From assembly GCF_000143415.4 (NCBI RefSeq), contig NW_003314322.1:942067-1006066 (forward strand): a stretch of 64,000 nt of DNA, written 5' to 3'. Position 1 is the first letter of the stretch. Every line of letters begins with the position of its first letter. The stretch comes from Selaginella moellendorffii. Taxonomy: Eukaryota; Plantae; Lycopodiophyta. The translations under genes and the position numbers were made by a program. Below the pieces are notes generated by a model. It did no database searches and had not been told where the DNA came from. It saw nothing but the letters and a program-made list of their open reading frames with translations. This document shows positions 11,537-25,354 of the stretch, in pieces.

Positions 11537-13309
11537 TGTAAACAATTAAATTTTCCATTCTACTTTAGTCACTTAACCACACCTCCGACCACTTGGAGGA
11601 GTCTTATTCACAACCTCCATAAGTCCAATCCAGGACTTGGGACTTGCTAGCCTCGAGAATAACATCCATGCCACTCAACATTTGCACTTGGTCCAAGTGC
11701 TCCACGTGTCCGATCCCATGACCGACACTTAAAGGTACCACCGACATGGCAGCCCGTTACACTAAGGCCATGCCCAATCACCTTTGCCACACTGGTAGTC
11801 CAATACCACTTGCATCACAGTTTTGGCTCTCCAAGACTAGGCAAACCATCCGTGAGTGGTCATCTCAGATCCACTCTTTAGCATCCTTAGGATGCCCACC
11901 GACAAGGGGAATAGCCTTCCCCAATATCCCTCTATCAGTCCCCAATAAGTCCCTTTCTGCCCCTGGCCGTGTTTGCCAACATTGCCACTGGATCGAGACC
12001 CACAGGCCCGACCACTAAGTCCCACGGTCCTCTGGGACTTCCTCCCACACGACTGTGTCCTTGGTCACTACCCCAGAGGACTGCTCCTCCTCCTTTCCAC
12101 AGTCTGGGCCTTTGGGACAACATTTCGGAACACCGTGGCCTTACGCGAGCCACTTGGGTACTCTCCTCGCCTTCTGCCCTTGGGTGCTCTAGCCATGGGC
12201 TTAGAGTGGGGTTCCGTTGAGCCACACCAGGTATCCAAGTAGGTAGTGCCACCCACACTTGGACTGGGAGCATCGGCCAGTCGATCTCCCGGGGGAACTA
12301 GAGCCGGCTCTTGAACACTTCACCAAGCTACCCCGCTTGTCGGTCCATGTTCACTCTAGTCTTGGACTTCCCAGTGGGCAGCTCATCACCCAACACTGGG
12401 TCCGACCTTCCTGGGCCAAACTGGCCCTTCCTGGCCAAACTGGCTCCACTGCAGTCCTCCCCCTACTATACTTTTGGAGCTCACCAAACCCCCCAGGGTC
12501 TGGGAGACGAACGCTTTGGGCTTTCACCCTCTCAGACTCGAACTCGGACTCGGACTCGGACTCGGACTCGGACTCGGACTCGAACTTGAACTCGGACTCA
12601 GACTCGAACTCGACCTCGGTCCCGGCCTCGGTCTCGGTCTCGGTCTTGGTCTCGGTCTCGGTCTCGGTCTCAGTCCCGGTCTCGGTCTCAGTCCCGGTCT
12701 CGGTCTCGACTTCGGACTCCATCTCGGGTCCATCTCGGACTCCATCTCAGGTCCATCTCGGACTCCATCTCGGGTCCATCTCGGACTCCATCTCGGGTCC
12801 ATCTCGGACTCCATCTCGGGTCCCATCTCGGACTCCATCTCGGGTCCATCTCGGACTCCATCTCGGGTCCATCTCAGACTCCATCTCAGACTCCATATCG
12901 GACTCCATTTCGGGTCCATCTCGGACTCCATCTCGGACTCCACTTCGGGTCCATCTCGGACTCCATCTCGGACTCCATCTCAGACTCCATATCGGACTCC
13001 ATTTCGGGTCCATCTCGGACTCCACTTCGGGTCCATCTCGGACTCCATCTTGGACTCCATCTTGGGTCCATCTCGGACACTTTCACGTGTCATGTGTTGG
13101 TCCTTTTGGGTCCCTTTTTGGAGCCTCGCTTATTGCTCGCTTCGTGCTCATTCCTCGAGCACTTCGTTAGGAGTTCCACTCCCACTCTTGACCTTTCAAG
13201 TCGGAGCTTTTGGCCCAAACGTGTTACATTTGTTTGGCTTTCGCTTCGGCCACTACCACGTGGCACCCTTCCGGCTCCACTTTGGGGCCTAGGGATTTTG
13301 TGTCTCACA
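11537..13309 (-). repeat. 3' LTR of the nested element
   Basis: Direct repeat of 17446-19162 with TG/CA ends. Confidence 0.93.
12531..13077. repeat. Compound micro/minisatellite in LTR: (TCGGAC)n, (TCGGTC)n, then 11/12-mers GGGTCCATCTC / GGACTCCATCTC
   Basis: Directly visible tandem units. Confidence 0.95.
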
Positions 13310-16300
13310 ACTCCACCACCCATAGACAAAGTTCGATGTCCTCATCGAACAGTAAACCCTTTCATAAAATAACACCCGCATATATTACCTTTTGCATCCT
13401 TGGCACCTAGCTAATATTTGTCTATGGTTTGACATTGAAGGCTCACCATGCCTTTTGCATATTCCTCAATGGTTTGACACTAAAGGCTCACCATGCCTTG
13501 CCTATCCTCTAAGGAGGGTAGTCTCTCCAACTTAGAGACTGATTGGACCACATGTAGTGGTTCTCTCTTTTTATTGGTTTAGTTCTCGCTAAACCTCTTA
13601 GAGACCCTTCTCTAAGTCAATCCCACTATTCCTTCTCGAGTAGTCTCAATTTCCATCTATTGAACGTTTGCACCTTGGAAATTTTACTCTTTTGACTTTT
13701 GGAAGTCAATTTCCTAGGTGTCTCCAACACCTTGCATTGCACAAATTGTGCAACTCCACTTCCCCATCCTAGGAAGTTCATTACTTGAGGGCACCATCAT
13801 CCTCTCTTCTATTTCGTGCCACCTTGGGCACTAAGTTCTATTTATCATACTTTGTGCTAGGGCTGTCCATGGCCCTATCATTTGGCTACCTTACGCTCCC
13901 TCCCTTGGAGCTTCCACTTTCGCCAAATCGGAGCAATTCGGAATCCATCCTTGGAAATACACTTCCTTTCCCGCAATTTGTTAGCGTCCAACATATTAGT
14001 GTTCCTCGCCTAACTTCGTCACTTGGATTCCTTCCAAGGGATTCCACGGCCCTATCTTGGCCACTCATCTTTTGCTCCTATCCTTGATTGTTGCACTCAG
14101 CAACACAGGATCGCTACCTCCATTTTCGAAGTATCCTTTCAGTTCCATAGCAAAGACTCTTCTTTGCCAAGTCCGGAGGATGTTCACTACTAGTACGTCT
14201 CTTTAGCATCTTCTGCTATGAGCTCTATCCACGGCCCAACTTCGTGACCCTTCCATGGGTCTCTTATAGAGACTACTTTCCTCGGACTCACTATGCCATC
14301 GCATGGACACAGCTTATTTCCCTTAGGTGCTCTTCCCACTTGGTCACCTTGACCAAGCCAAACCATCTTAAACAGTTCAATTTCAACATTTTGAACCAGG
14401 AACTTCATTCCTTAGCCAACCAAGGACCTTGTCCTTATTTGGCCATACGATCACCTAGTGATCTCACCTTGGCACCTTAACAGAGCTGCCAAGAGGTACT
14501 TGATCTTCTAGACCATCAAGTTGTTGACTATAACCCCGGGGGCATCCCCCACACTTGGCGGTGCACCCAAGCCAGCCCTTACGGCCAAGGGTTCATAGCA
14601 ACTGAGATTAGGTGTCCCCATCTCACTCACCACGTCCTTGGTGCCACTTGCACCAAAGCGTTCAAGTTAGATATGCCGAGCTTTCACACTAAGCAATCTA
14701 ACCGTGCATCACGACTCCAAGGCATCCCTCGCTTGGCGGTGTGCCCAAACCAGTCTCCCCACTAAGAGTCCATGACCACCGAAATATGAGTGTCCTCATA
14801 TTCCAAACCATCACCACGCCCTAGTGATTTGGGACTCGAACCCAAGCACTAGAGGGTCGGGACTCGAACCCAACCTCCGTATATGCATCTACGGATGGCA
14901 TCACATCGGATGCCTGGCGTGACTCCCCACGCCGGTGCACCAACTTATACTCAAAGCGCGCTATAGATCACAGCTTAGGAACCTAGTTCCTCCGCACTGC
15001 CAAGTCCTCTCATTTGACAAGCCTGTGATCATGCATGGACTCCTCCATGCTTGGCCCCATGGCCCACCCCTTTTTGAAGTTATCACCTTCAACTAGGGTA
15101 TTTGTTCCCCTGACTGGCCAATCTCGCTTTGGCAAGTCCTCCGACCACTGTAACATGGTTCTTGCACAAGCGTGAAAGCCCTTGATCATCGACTTTCGTT
15201 CAAAGCCTTCTCTTTGAACACTCGGGAACTACTTCCCCAACCTTGATAGCCTTGCCTCATGGCAAGCTTCAAGACCACGCTTCTGCTGTGCCACTCTGAT
15301 TTCACACGTTCCTTGAACCATTTACGCTTGGCCTTTCTAGGTACTAAGCTACCTAGAATCCTCTTTGGGAACCTTGAAGGAACTCTGTTCCTTAGCTTGC
15401 TAAGGTCCCCCCTTTCTACAAGCTTTCCAATTACCATATAGTCTAACATGGACAATTCTATATTTTAGACTCTCTATGGCATCATGGTTGCTAGCGGCAA
15501 CACCCTCGAGCCCCCACTTGATTCTCCACTCCCAGCTGGCATAACCAACTTTGGTTATGCCTTTCGATTCCTATGGTTCGGTTCTATCCCCTTACTTCTT
15601 GCTTTTGGCTTCACACCTTTCCTTCGGTCATTCTCCTCCAGACCAGGAGGATAGCTTTGCACTTTCTATCATGCCTTAGCAAGTATTCTTAGGGATGAAC
15701 CTACCCAATAGCCCAGGGAGTGGTTCCTCAATCCGGGTATGCTCACCTTATAATCCCACACACTGGGATTACATTGTTGCTTATGGGCTTTTACATGCCC
15801 ATCACTAGCCTTGCCAAAATTCCATTCTTGGCTTTGTCCAACTTGGGTAGACAGTCCTCTCCTGTCTCTGCAACCTTGGACATTTGGATAGCACCTTCTA
15901 TCCATCATTCGTTAGGGACTTAGTCCCTTGGGCTTTATCCATTGCCCTCGCGACATTAAACACTACCTTCTGGTGTTCTAGAGTGTTCGGGTGTCCCAAT
16001 GATGGCTTTCTTGACAATGAGTATTTCCTTTTATGACATTGACTTACTATATCGCAACATAAGCAACTTATCCCCCGTAAGGGTATATCCAACTTCCCTA
16101 GGCCATTAAGTAGGCTTGGGTAGCTACCTTCTACCCGTTTAACCAATTATTTTGCACCTCTTGCTTAGTTGCCTCGTAGTTGTCAAGTCCTACAACTCAT
16201 TGCTGGTGCTTCCACACCTCCATCATTATCTGGGTCACCACACTCCAACTGCATGCTCTGCAGCTTAGGCTATGCCATTCCCATTTCTATTGGGATTCCT

Positions 16301-17445
16301 TTGGCCAGGGGTTCTCATGAACCCACCAACATAGCCTCAAGGTATCACACCTTGGCACATTTGGTGTCTCCACACCATCGGCTCCACGAGCCTACCTCTA
16401 TGACACTTCTTCTTTGTGTCTAAGTCTTTGCCAAGACCAATACCACGCTTTCTCATGCTAACCATCTGTTAGCACTGCATCATAAAGGTCACACACAACT
16501 TTGTGTCAAAGTTGTTTTCTTTTTTGGGAACACTTTTCCCACGACTTTAGCATGGCACATTTTGCCATCGATGAGATACCCTCTATTCTCATCCTTGGAT
16601 CCTATGATCCCCCCCCATCCTTTGTGGGGTACAACACACCTCAGTCCAAATGCTTCCATTAGTCCTTTTAGGACCATCCAGCAGTTTACAGCAGTTTTCA
16701 GCAGTTTTTTACTTGAGTCATCCAGCAGTTTTGGACTTGGTTAATCCACAGACCCGTAAGGTCCTACTTGTGAGGCACTAGCTCACTGGAATACACTTCT
16801 TGCATTCCTGTCCTACTCAAAAGGACTATTTTCACAAGTGTTACTCTAACACTTGATTTTGTTCTCTGGGGGCAACCTTTGCCCCTTAGGACTACTTGTC
16901 CATGTGATGAGAATACCAACTCATCTCTAAATACACCCCCCAACTCCTTGGGCTGTTCCAGCATTTATTAAAGGTAGCCCCGGCTACCATTTCAAGGACT
17001 TGAGTCCTCTTCCGTATTTGACCTCCCACGGTCATTACCTTTGGTCTCACATTCATGAGCACCAACCTCAACTATATGAGGGTAATCTTGTGACTCCTTT
17101 ATTGTTTTGGAGTCTACATCTTTCCTGTGATCCCAACTTTAGTTGTTTACCACAACTACATTGGCCCGTTTGCTGAGTCAAACGCTCATCTGGATCACCT
17201 CCTCAACTCAATGAGGAAAACCTTGCACTGTTCCCAAGATCCCAAAGTCATTCCATTATTGGCCCCTTTTCTATCCACCACCTTGTCTATAAGTTCACAC
17301 ATGAACTGTAATGGAGAGCCATGTCTTCCCGACCTGCTACTCCTCAAGGATAGGCCCACTTCTCGGACCTTCCGTTGCCAACACCAGTGGTGATATACTT
17401 GAGCACCAATAAAAGTCGGACTAAGGAACAGCTTTGATACCAAAT

Positions 17446-19162
17446 TGTAAGCGACTAAATTTTCCATTCTACTTTAGTCACTTAACCACACCTCCGACCA
17501 CTTGGAGGAGTCTTATTCACAACCTCCATAAGTCCAATCCAGGACTTGGGACTTGCTAGCCTCGAGAATAGCATCCATGCCACTCAACATTTGCACTTGG
17601 TCCAAGTGCTCCACGTGTCCGATCCCATGACCGACACTTAAAGGTACCACCGACATGGCAGCCCGTTACACTAAGGCCATGCCCAATCACCTTTGCCACA
17701 CTGGTAGTCCAATACCACTTGCATCACAGTTTTGGCTCTCCAAGACTAGGCAAACCATCCGTGAGTGGTCATCTCAGATCCACTCTTTAGCATCCTTAGG
17801 ATGCCCACCGACAAGAGGAATAGCCTTCCCCAATATCCCTCTATCAGTCCCCAATAAGTCCCTTTCTGCCCCTGGCCGTGTTTGCCAACATTGCCACTGG
17901 ATCGAGACCCACAGGCCCGACCACTAAGTCCCACGGTCCTCTGGGACTTCCTCCCACACGACTGTGTCCTTGGTCACTACCCCAGAGGACTGCTCCTCCT
18001 CCTTTCCACAGTCTGGGCCTTTGGGACAACATTTCGGAACACCGTGGCCTTACGCGAGCCACCTGGGTACTCTCCTCGCCTTCTGCCCTTGGGTGCTCTA
18101 GCCATGGGCTTAGAGTGGGGTTCCGTTGAGCCACACCAGGTATCCAAGTAGGTAGTGCCACCCACACTTGGACTGGGAGCATCGGCCAGTCGATCTCCCG
18201 GGGGAACTAGAGCCGGCTCTTGAACACTTCACCAAGCTACCCCGCTTGTCGGTCCATGTTCACTCTAGTCTTGGACTTCCCAGTGGGCAGCTCATCACCC
18301 AACACTGGGTCCGACCTTCCTGGGCCAAACTGGCCTTTCCTGGCCAAACTGGCTCCACTGCAGTCCTCCCCCTACTATACTTTTGGAGCTCACCAAACCC
18401 CCCAGGGTCTGGGAGACGAACGCTTTGGGCTTTCACCCTCTCAGACTCGAACTCGGACTCGGACTCGGACTCGGACTCGAACTCGGACTCGGACTCGGAC
18501 TCGAACTCGAACTCGGACTCGGACTCGGACTCGGACTCGGACTCGGACTCGGACTCGGACTCGGACTCGAACTCGGCCTCGGTCCCGGCCTCGGTCTCGG
18601 TCTCGGTCTTGGTCTCGGTCTCGGTCTCGGTCTCAGTCCCGGTCTCGGTCTCGACTTCGGACTCCATCTCGGGTCCATCTCGGACTCCATCTCGGGTCCC
18701 ATCTCAGACTCCATCTCGGACTCCATCTCGGGTCCATCTTGGACTCCATCTCGGACTCCATATCGGACTCCATTTCGGGTCCATCTCGGACTCCATCTCG
18801 GACTCCACTTCGGGTCCATCTTGGACTCCATCTCGGACTCCATCTCAGACTCCATATCGGACTCCATTTCGGGTCCATCTCGGACTCCACTTCAGGTCCA
18901 TCTCGGACTCCATCTTGGGTCCATCTCGGACACTTTCACGTGTCATGTGTTGGTCCTTTTGGGTCCCTTTTTGGAGCCTCGCTTATTGCTCGCTTCGTGC
19001 TCATTCCTCGAGCACTTCGTTAGGAGTTCCACTCCCACTCTCGACCTTGCAAGTCGGAGCTTTTGGCCCAAACGTGTTACACTTGTTTGGCTTTCGCTTC
19101 GGCCACTACCACGTGGCACCCTTCCGGCTCCACTTTGGGGCCTAGGGATTTTGTGTCTCACA
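17446..19162 (-). repeat. 5' LTR of the nested element
   Basis: Direct repeat of 11537-13309, adjacent to the PBS. Confidence 0.93.
18440..18929. repeat. Second copy of the compound array, with different unit numbers
   Basis: Longer TCGGAC tract and shorter 11/12-mer tract than 12531-13077. Confidence 0.95.
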
Positions 19163-22100
19163 CAAACTTAGTTGATGGTGGCATTCATGACACGTGGTAC
19201 AGCTCCTCCTGATTTTGATGCTAACCCTTGCGTTTGGCCGGAGTTCTTTCGTGAGAATCCTAGGGATAATGTGTACTATTGGTTCAATCACTTTATGGTG
19301 ATTGCCACATATCATTCTTGGGATGATGCCTAATATTTATTTTCCACGTGTCTCCAAAGGACGGCGCTACAATGGTACAATAGTTTGAGCACAACCATTC
19401 GTGGAATGTTCTCTTGAATGTCTTCAAACACTTATTTGGACATGCTGATGATTGTGATGATGCCTTCCAACAATTGAATCATTTTTGTCAACATCCATTT
19501 GAGTCAGTGATGCAATTTAACCTTTCCAAAGCCTCTTGCTTCATGCGGAGTTAAATATGTCGGAGTAGATCAAACTATGAATGTTGTGGCCAACACTTCG
19601 TCAAGATCTTGTTGGACTTATGCATGCACTTACTCCAGCCATCCTTGATGATGCTCTTTGCTTATCACAATATTATAAGACATCACCTCTTCCACTTCTT
19701 GTTGCATGTCCTTCAGCTCCACTTCATGTGAGTGATGGTCATGTTCCAATGGAGGTTGATGTTGTTGCTGCTTGAGTCCAAGGACAAGGGTGAGGACATG
19801 GTCATGGCCATGATGTACACTGCTGGGCGTATGATGAAGTTGGTTACACTTATCAGCATTGTCGGTGTTTTCCAGATTGGCAGCCTCCATTCCTAGGTGG
19901 AGACCTTGGCGTCAGCAATGTCCTGTTGGTGCTGCTGTAGTGGAAGGTCTAGACACTGAGATGCATATAGAAAATGAGGAGTCACGTGAAAAATAGAGGG
20001 ACCTTGCATGAACAAGTCAGCGACCCCTTCATCTTTCTTTCGGGAGTATCATTAAGGGGTTCACTCGACACCAGTTCATTTAATGTTTACTTTCCAAGCT
20101 CTTTTTTATAACAAGAGGTTTCTGTGTTGGTTGATACAGGTTTGAGTTTATCTTCTATTGCTCAACCTGTTGCCACATGTTGCCATCTATACTTGTATTA
20201 TACGGTGGAGTTAGTTTTCATTTTTTATGGCAACGGCCATACACATGTGGCCAGCACTTCGTCAAGATCTTGTTGGACTTATACATGCATTTACTCTAGC
20301 CATTCTTGATGATGCTCTTTGCTTATCACAATATTATGAGACATCACCTCTTCCACTTCTCGCTGCATGTCCATCAACTCCACTTCCTATGGGCCATAAT
20401 CCTATTCCAATGGAGGTTGATGTTGCTGCAGCTCGAGTCCAAAGACAAGGGTGAGGACATGGTTATAGCCATGATGTTCACTGCTGGGTGTGGATGAAGT
20501 TGGTTACACTTATCAGCATTGTCGGTGTTTTCTAGATTGGTAGCCTCCATTTCCTGGGTGGAGACCTTGGCATCAACAATGTTCTGTTGGTGCTACTGTA
20601 GTGGAAGGTTTGGACACTAAGATGCATATGGAAAACAAGAAGTCATGCGAGTAATAGAGGGACCATACATGAATAAGTTAGTGACCTCTTCATCTTTCTT
20701 TCGGGAGTATCATCAAAGGGTTCACTTGACACTAGTTCATTCAATGTTTACTTTCCAAACTTTTTTTTTATAACAAGAGGTTTCTGTGTTAGTTGATATA
20801 GGTTTGAGTTTATCTTCTATTGCTCAACCTGTTGCCACATGTTGCCATCTACACTTGCATCGTGTGGTGGAGTTGATTTTCATTCTTTATGGCAACGGCC
20901 ATACATATGCATATGCACGGGATGAGGTGGACTTAGTTGTGCATGTGGGCAATCTCGAGCTTGGGTTGCAATCATTGTAGGTAGTGTTGAGTTAAACTTT
21001 TGACCTCATCATTGATATAAATTGGTTGCAGCGCAATCATGCCAAGTGTGACTTTGAGGCTTCTCCCCCTTATCTCATACTTTCTTATATTTCATTCATT
21101 CCTCTCATTTCTATACTTCTTTGTCCCTTCTTCATTACTTTTGTCTCCCCCACTACTTCCTCCTATGTTTCTGTCTTGTTCCACTCTTTCTTTTTTCGAT
21201 CCCTTCGATAGTCTTTATGTTGCAATGGTTGACCAGCTCATGAAGGAGTATGCTGATCTCTTTGAATTTGACCTATCGTTTGGGGCTAAGATTGCCATAT
21301 GTAATCTGATTTCAACTGGGGACGCTCATCCAATCAAGGTTCCTGTTTGTCATTAATCACTCAAAGAGATCAAAATTTTACATGCAAATATCAAAGAAAT
21401 GTTGGAAAAGAGTGTTATTTGAAAGTCACGGAGTCCTTGGGCATATGAGTTTCATCTCGTGACAAAACTTAATGAGAGTATTCGTTTCTATATTGACTAT
21501 CATCTGTTAAACAAAGTGACAATCCCAAATGTGTACCCTCTTCTTCACATTGCTAATCTTTTGGATCATTTGGGGAGAAGTCGTTGGTTCACCAAGCTAG
21601 ATCTTGCTTCTAAGTATTAGCAAGTACTAATGGCCAAAGAAGATATTCCTAAGACTGCTTTTCGTACACTATTTAGTTTGTATAAGTTCTTGGTAATGTA
21701 GTTTAGTTTGAACAATACTCTAGCAACTTTCCAGTGGATGATAGACAAGGTTCTTTGCAATATACCAGAGATGACTACTGATTTCATTAATAATGTCTTG
21801 ATCCACTCGGAGGGGATGTGGAAAGAACATATCCTTGATGTTTGTAAAATGTTGAATTGACTACAAGGTTGGTTTAAAGTTGAAGTGGTCGAAGTGCATG
21901 TTTGGGTCTAAGGACACAACTTATTTTGGGTATTTTATTTCTCGTGAGGGTTTGCAAGTTGCAAACTTGTGGCTATTCTAAAGTTCCTTACTTCGAAGTA
22001 TGTAAATGATGTGTAGCGCTTCTTGGGCAAGGTGCAGTATCTCAATCGTTTTGTAGATCATTTTTCTAATCGCACTGCATCATTGGGAGCATTGTTGAAG

Positions 22101-25100
22101 TCATTAACGTCATCTTTCATTTGGTCTCTGGATTCTGAGTAGGCATTCATGGATCTCAAAGAGCTATTGATGACTCCTCTGGTTTTGGCATATTTTAACT
22201 ACACTCAACCTTTCAATTTGTGCATGGATGTTTTTGATATTAGTATTAAAGATATGTTGATGTAAGAAAGCCCAAGTGTGTTTGGTCAACGCTATCCCAT
22301 TGCATATATAATCCGTACATTACAACTAGCGGAGGTAAACTACTCCACGATAGAATAGTGTTTAGTAGCAATCTAGGGTTTCAAGAAACTTCATGCATAT
22401 CTATATGGTTCTTGTATGTTACTAAAAAGTGATTATGTTGCCGTTACTTCATTATTGAAGTACCTAGTTGGTTGTATTAGTCGGTAAATGATCATTAGGA
22501 TCTGTCCTTATAAAATAAATAAAGTTATCTTCAAGACGATATTGAGAATGTAAATGGTGGAATAGCAAGTCATCAGTAAGTGATGTAAGATTCCATCTCA
22601 AAGCCTCTAAATTCATAGCTCAATCTTTTGAGGCTCGTGAACCTCATCAAGAGAAGGTAAATCTTGTTTTTCACCTTGTGGACATTAAACATTAAGTATA
22701 GTAACTGCCGATGGCAAAAAATCCTTGTCTAGAAAATCCATAGATGCTGGAACACCAAGCTCGTTAGAAACATGAGAAGAGAGTGAAGAAGGAAGAGGAG
22801 CTCCAGAAAGGGTATTAACATCAAGCATAGAACTCTCCAGGCGATAAACAATATCAAAATCATATATCTGAAGCTTCAAAGCCCACAACTAGTGGTGCCT
22901 TTTGTCTTTATTCCATGATTTTTCCATACCTACCATGATTCTCCTATTTTAGGCGGGCATATGGGACATTGTCGTGTGACTAAGAAGCTACGCAAGTCTT
23001 TTTGTTAGCCGGAGATGCAACTTAATATTATCCGGTATGTGTAACTACATTTGGTGCCAAGGTTGTAATACTCCCCCTCGTGCCACAAAATGACGGTTGG
23101 AATCAATTGTAGTTTCCCATCCATTTGAGTTAGTGGCATTTGATCTTATGGGACCTTTTCCATGATCGACTGCTGATAATGAATATATTATTATTACTTT
23201 TGACTATTTGACTCGTTGGGTGGAAGTTGGTGCTCTTGCTAGTGCTTCTGCAACTGCTGTTAGATACTTCCTCCTTAATCGAGTGGTGTTCTAGCATTTT
23301 TGTCCGGAGCGGATTCTTTCAGATGAAAGGAATGATCGCGAAGTACGTAAACTTTCAGCATTTAGATTAGGATAGTTATTTTCTGTCTCTTTTGTATACA
23401 TATGTCACAGGGATATAGAATTCTGTTGGTGATTCACCATATAAACTTTTATATAGTCCAATATTACCAACGGAGCTGTTGCAATTGCCACAAACTGCCA
23501 ATGCTACATCGTGGGATCAGTATTTGATGAGCATTCTTCCATTTGTTTAAGTAGAGTCTACTAAACACTTAAGCCACGTATAAATGGGATAACAACGGCA
23601 CTACAACTCCCATCATCATCCACCTGTAAAGTACAAAGTGGATGACTTAGTGTTAATCTATTTTCCCCATTTTATGGTATATGGTTTATCTAAGGGGCTC
23701 CTTGCTCAGTGGAAAGGACTGTATCGGGTGTTGTAGCATTGCATATAAACTAGGGTTTTTGGGCTAATTGATATGCACATTTTTTGTATTCCCTTTCTAT
23801 ATTCCATGCACTCACAACTGGAATACATGCAAAAGAGTGAGATAGTGATTGATTATGGATGAAGCTAGCATGTGTAACTCATCTCAGTTATGTTGCTTGA
23901 GGCTTGTTACAAATATAAATAACAAGTTTTATGATGAGACACAATGCTTGAAGGTGCTGAATAACTAGTGTAAACTTTTCAGTCCAACACGGATATAAAG
24001 GCTTTAAAAGGTAGTGTTTGTATATTTTGATAACAAAAATGACTTGATACCTTGTTAAGGTTAAGTTCAAGGTTTTGATGAAGCTTCACTCTCCAAGTCT
24101 TAGTAAGAATCTCCCACTTAAGGCTAGTGGTATGTAGTTGATTTATCAATGGATTTACTTCTAGTTATGTTGATCACTCAAGACTAAGAATTGAGTAGCT
24201 TGAACTTTCAAGACTCCTCTCTCAAATGGGTCTCAATAACCATCTAGGCAAAATAGTGCCATAAGCTTCATACTTCCCCAATGGTGGTAAGCTCTAATAT
24301 GTAAGAATCTTGTTGTTAATATAAACTTCACTGATCACTTCAAACTCTTGTAATAATCTCAATGTATAAATATCATGTGTTGAATGGTTTAAGACAACAG
24401 TATGAACTATTTGAATAGCCACTAGATCAAAGTCTTGAATCATGGTTTGAAAAAATAGAAGCAACTGGCAATGTGAATATAAATTGATTAAAACTGGGAC
24501 TTGTATTCAACTTATGAGCTTAAGCTTAAGATAGTAGACATGTTTCACATTTGACACAACACAGCAGACACGCTCTATCAGAATAGCTTAAGGCCTAGTT
24601 TGAATAAATGACTAGATATGCAGTGCCTCTTCATGAGGTTCCTCACCATGTAAATTACCCTCGAGCTACCTCAAAAACTCTATTGTGCCACAACTGCTAT
24701 TATAATGCAAACCTTTAAAGAAAAAGAGGTCTTGGATAAAGTGTTGATTTTTTGAAATGTCAACACCGTAATGTCAGCTTATGACCGGGATTAACAGATA
24801 CAAAGAGAACATTCCTCTCGATGCCTTTCTGCAATCAACTTGCATGGCGTGTTCTTCTAACTAGCTATAGAGATTGTAGTAAATTTGATGAATCAATTGA
24901 CGCCTCCAATTGAATGCTCTTGCACAACATAGTGTTATGGAACGTTATGATCTCAATCTTGTGAGTCTTGTCTTGTGAGTTTTGGGTGGGTGCGCTTAGT
25001 GAAAATGAGTTGGAGTGTGGTTGAGAGATATTTGCTGGCAAGTGTTGTGAGCTTTGATCATGTGGACTTTTGCATTGATATGTATATGCAAATATTTCAT

Positions 25101-25354
25101 AAAAGTAAAATGTCTATGGAATGTCCCTAACAAATTTATCATAGATACATGATCATGGATGTGTTTACTACCAGCCAGACTTCAACTATCTTTGAAGTCT
25201 CTAAAGAATCTACTAGGTTGGTTGAAGAAAATTTTAAGTTGTAAAAGTCACAGATGGAAAGAGTTTTAATAAAACACTATTATGTGTCAGATACTAGAAA
25301 AAATTGAAACAATACAAAAAAGATTAGCATTGCAAGGATGACATGTAAACCTTC

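Larger units (their letters stand above)
11537..19162 (-). mobile_element. Non-autonomous large LTR retroelement (LARD-like), nested in the gypsy gag
   Basis: Near-identical LTRs at 11537-13309 and 17446-19162, both TG...CA. Perfect 5-bp TSD CAAAC at 11532-11536 and 19163-19167. GCTTTGATACCA at 17431-17442 is the reverse complement of an iMet PBS. Purine-rich tract on the minus strand at about 13310-13321. The 4.1-kb interior has no long ORF. Confidence 0.92.
11132..23816 (+). mobile_element. Old Ty3/gypsy LTR retrotransposon (same family as 61430-64000), interrupted by a nested element
   Basis: 5' LTR about 11132-11294. gag is split at 11536/19163. Protease VLVDTG, RT (KTAFRT, degenerate FIDD), RNase H and integrase (GGHMG...WVEV) remnants with many stops. 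Truncated 3' LTR about 23740-23816 ending CTCACA. Confidence 0.92.

Noticed and set aside
12531-13077. Possible CRISPR-like array
   Set aside because: Units are contiguous with no unique spacers, there are no cas genes, and the context is a eukaryotic LTR.
12259-13292. Long ORFs with SD, TR, LG and ME-SE repeats (also 18168-19171) resembling adhesins or repeat proteins
   Set aside because: They are by-products of stop-free hexamer and 11/12-mer arrays inside LTRs and are open in nearly all frames.
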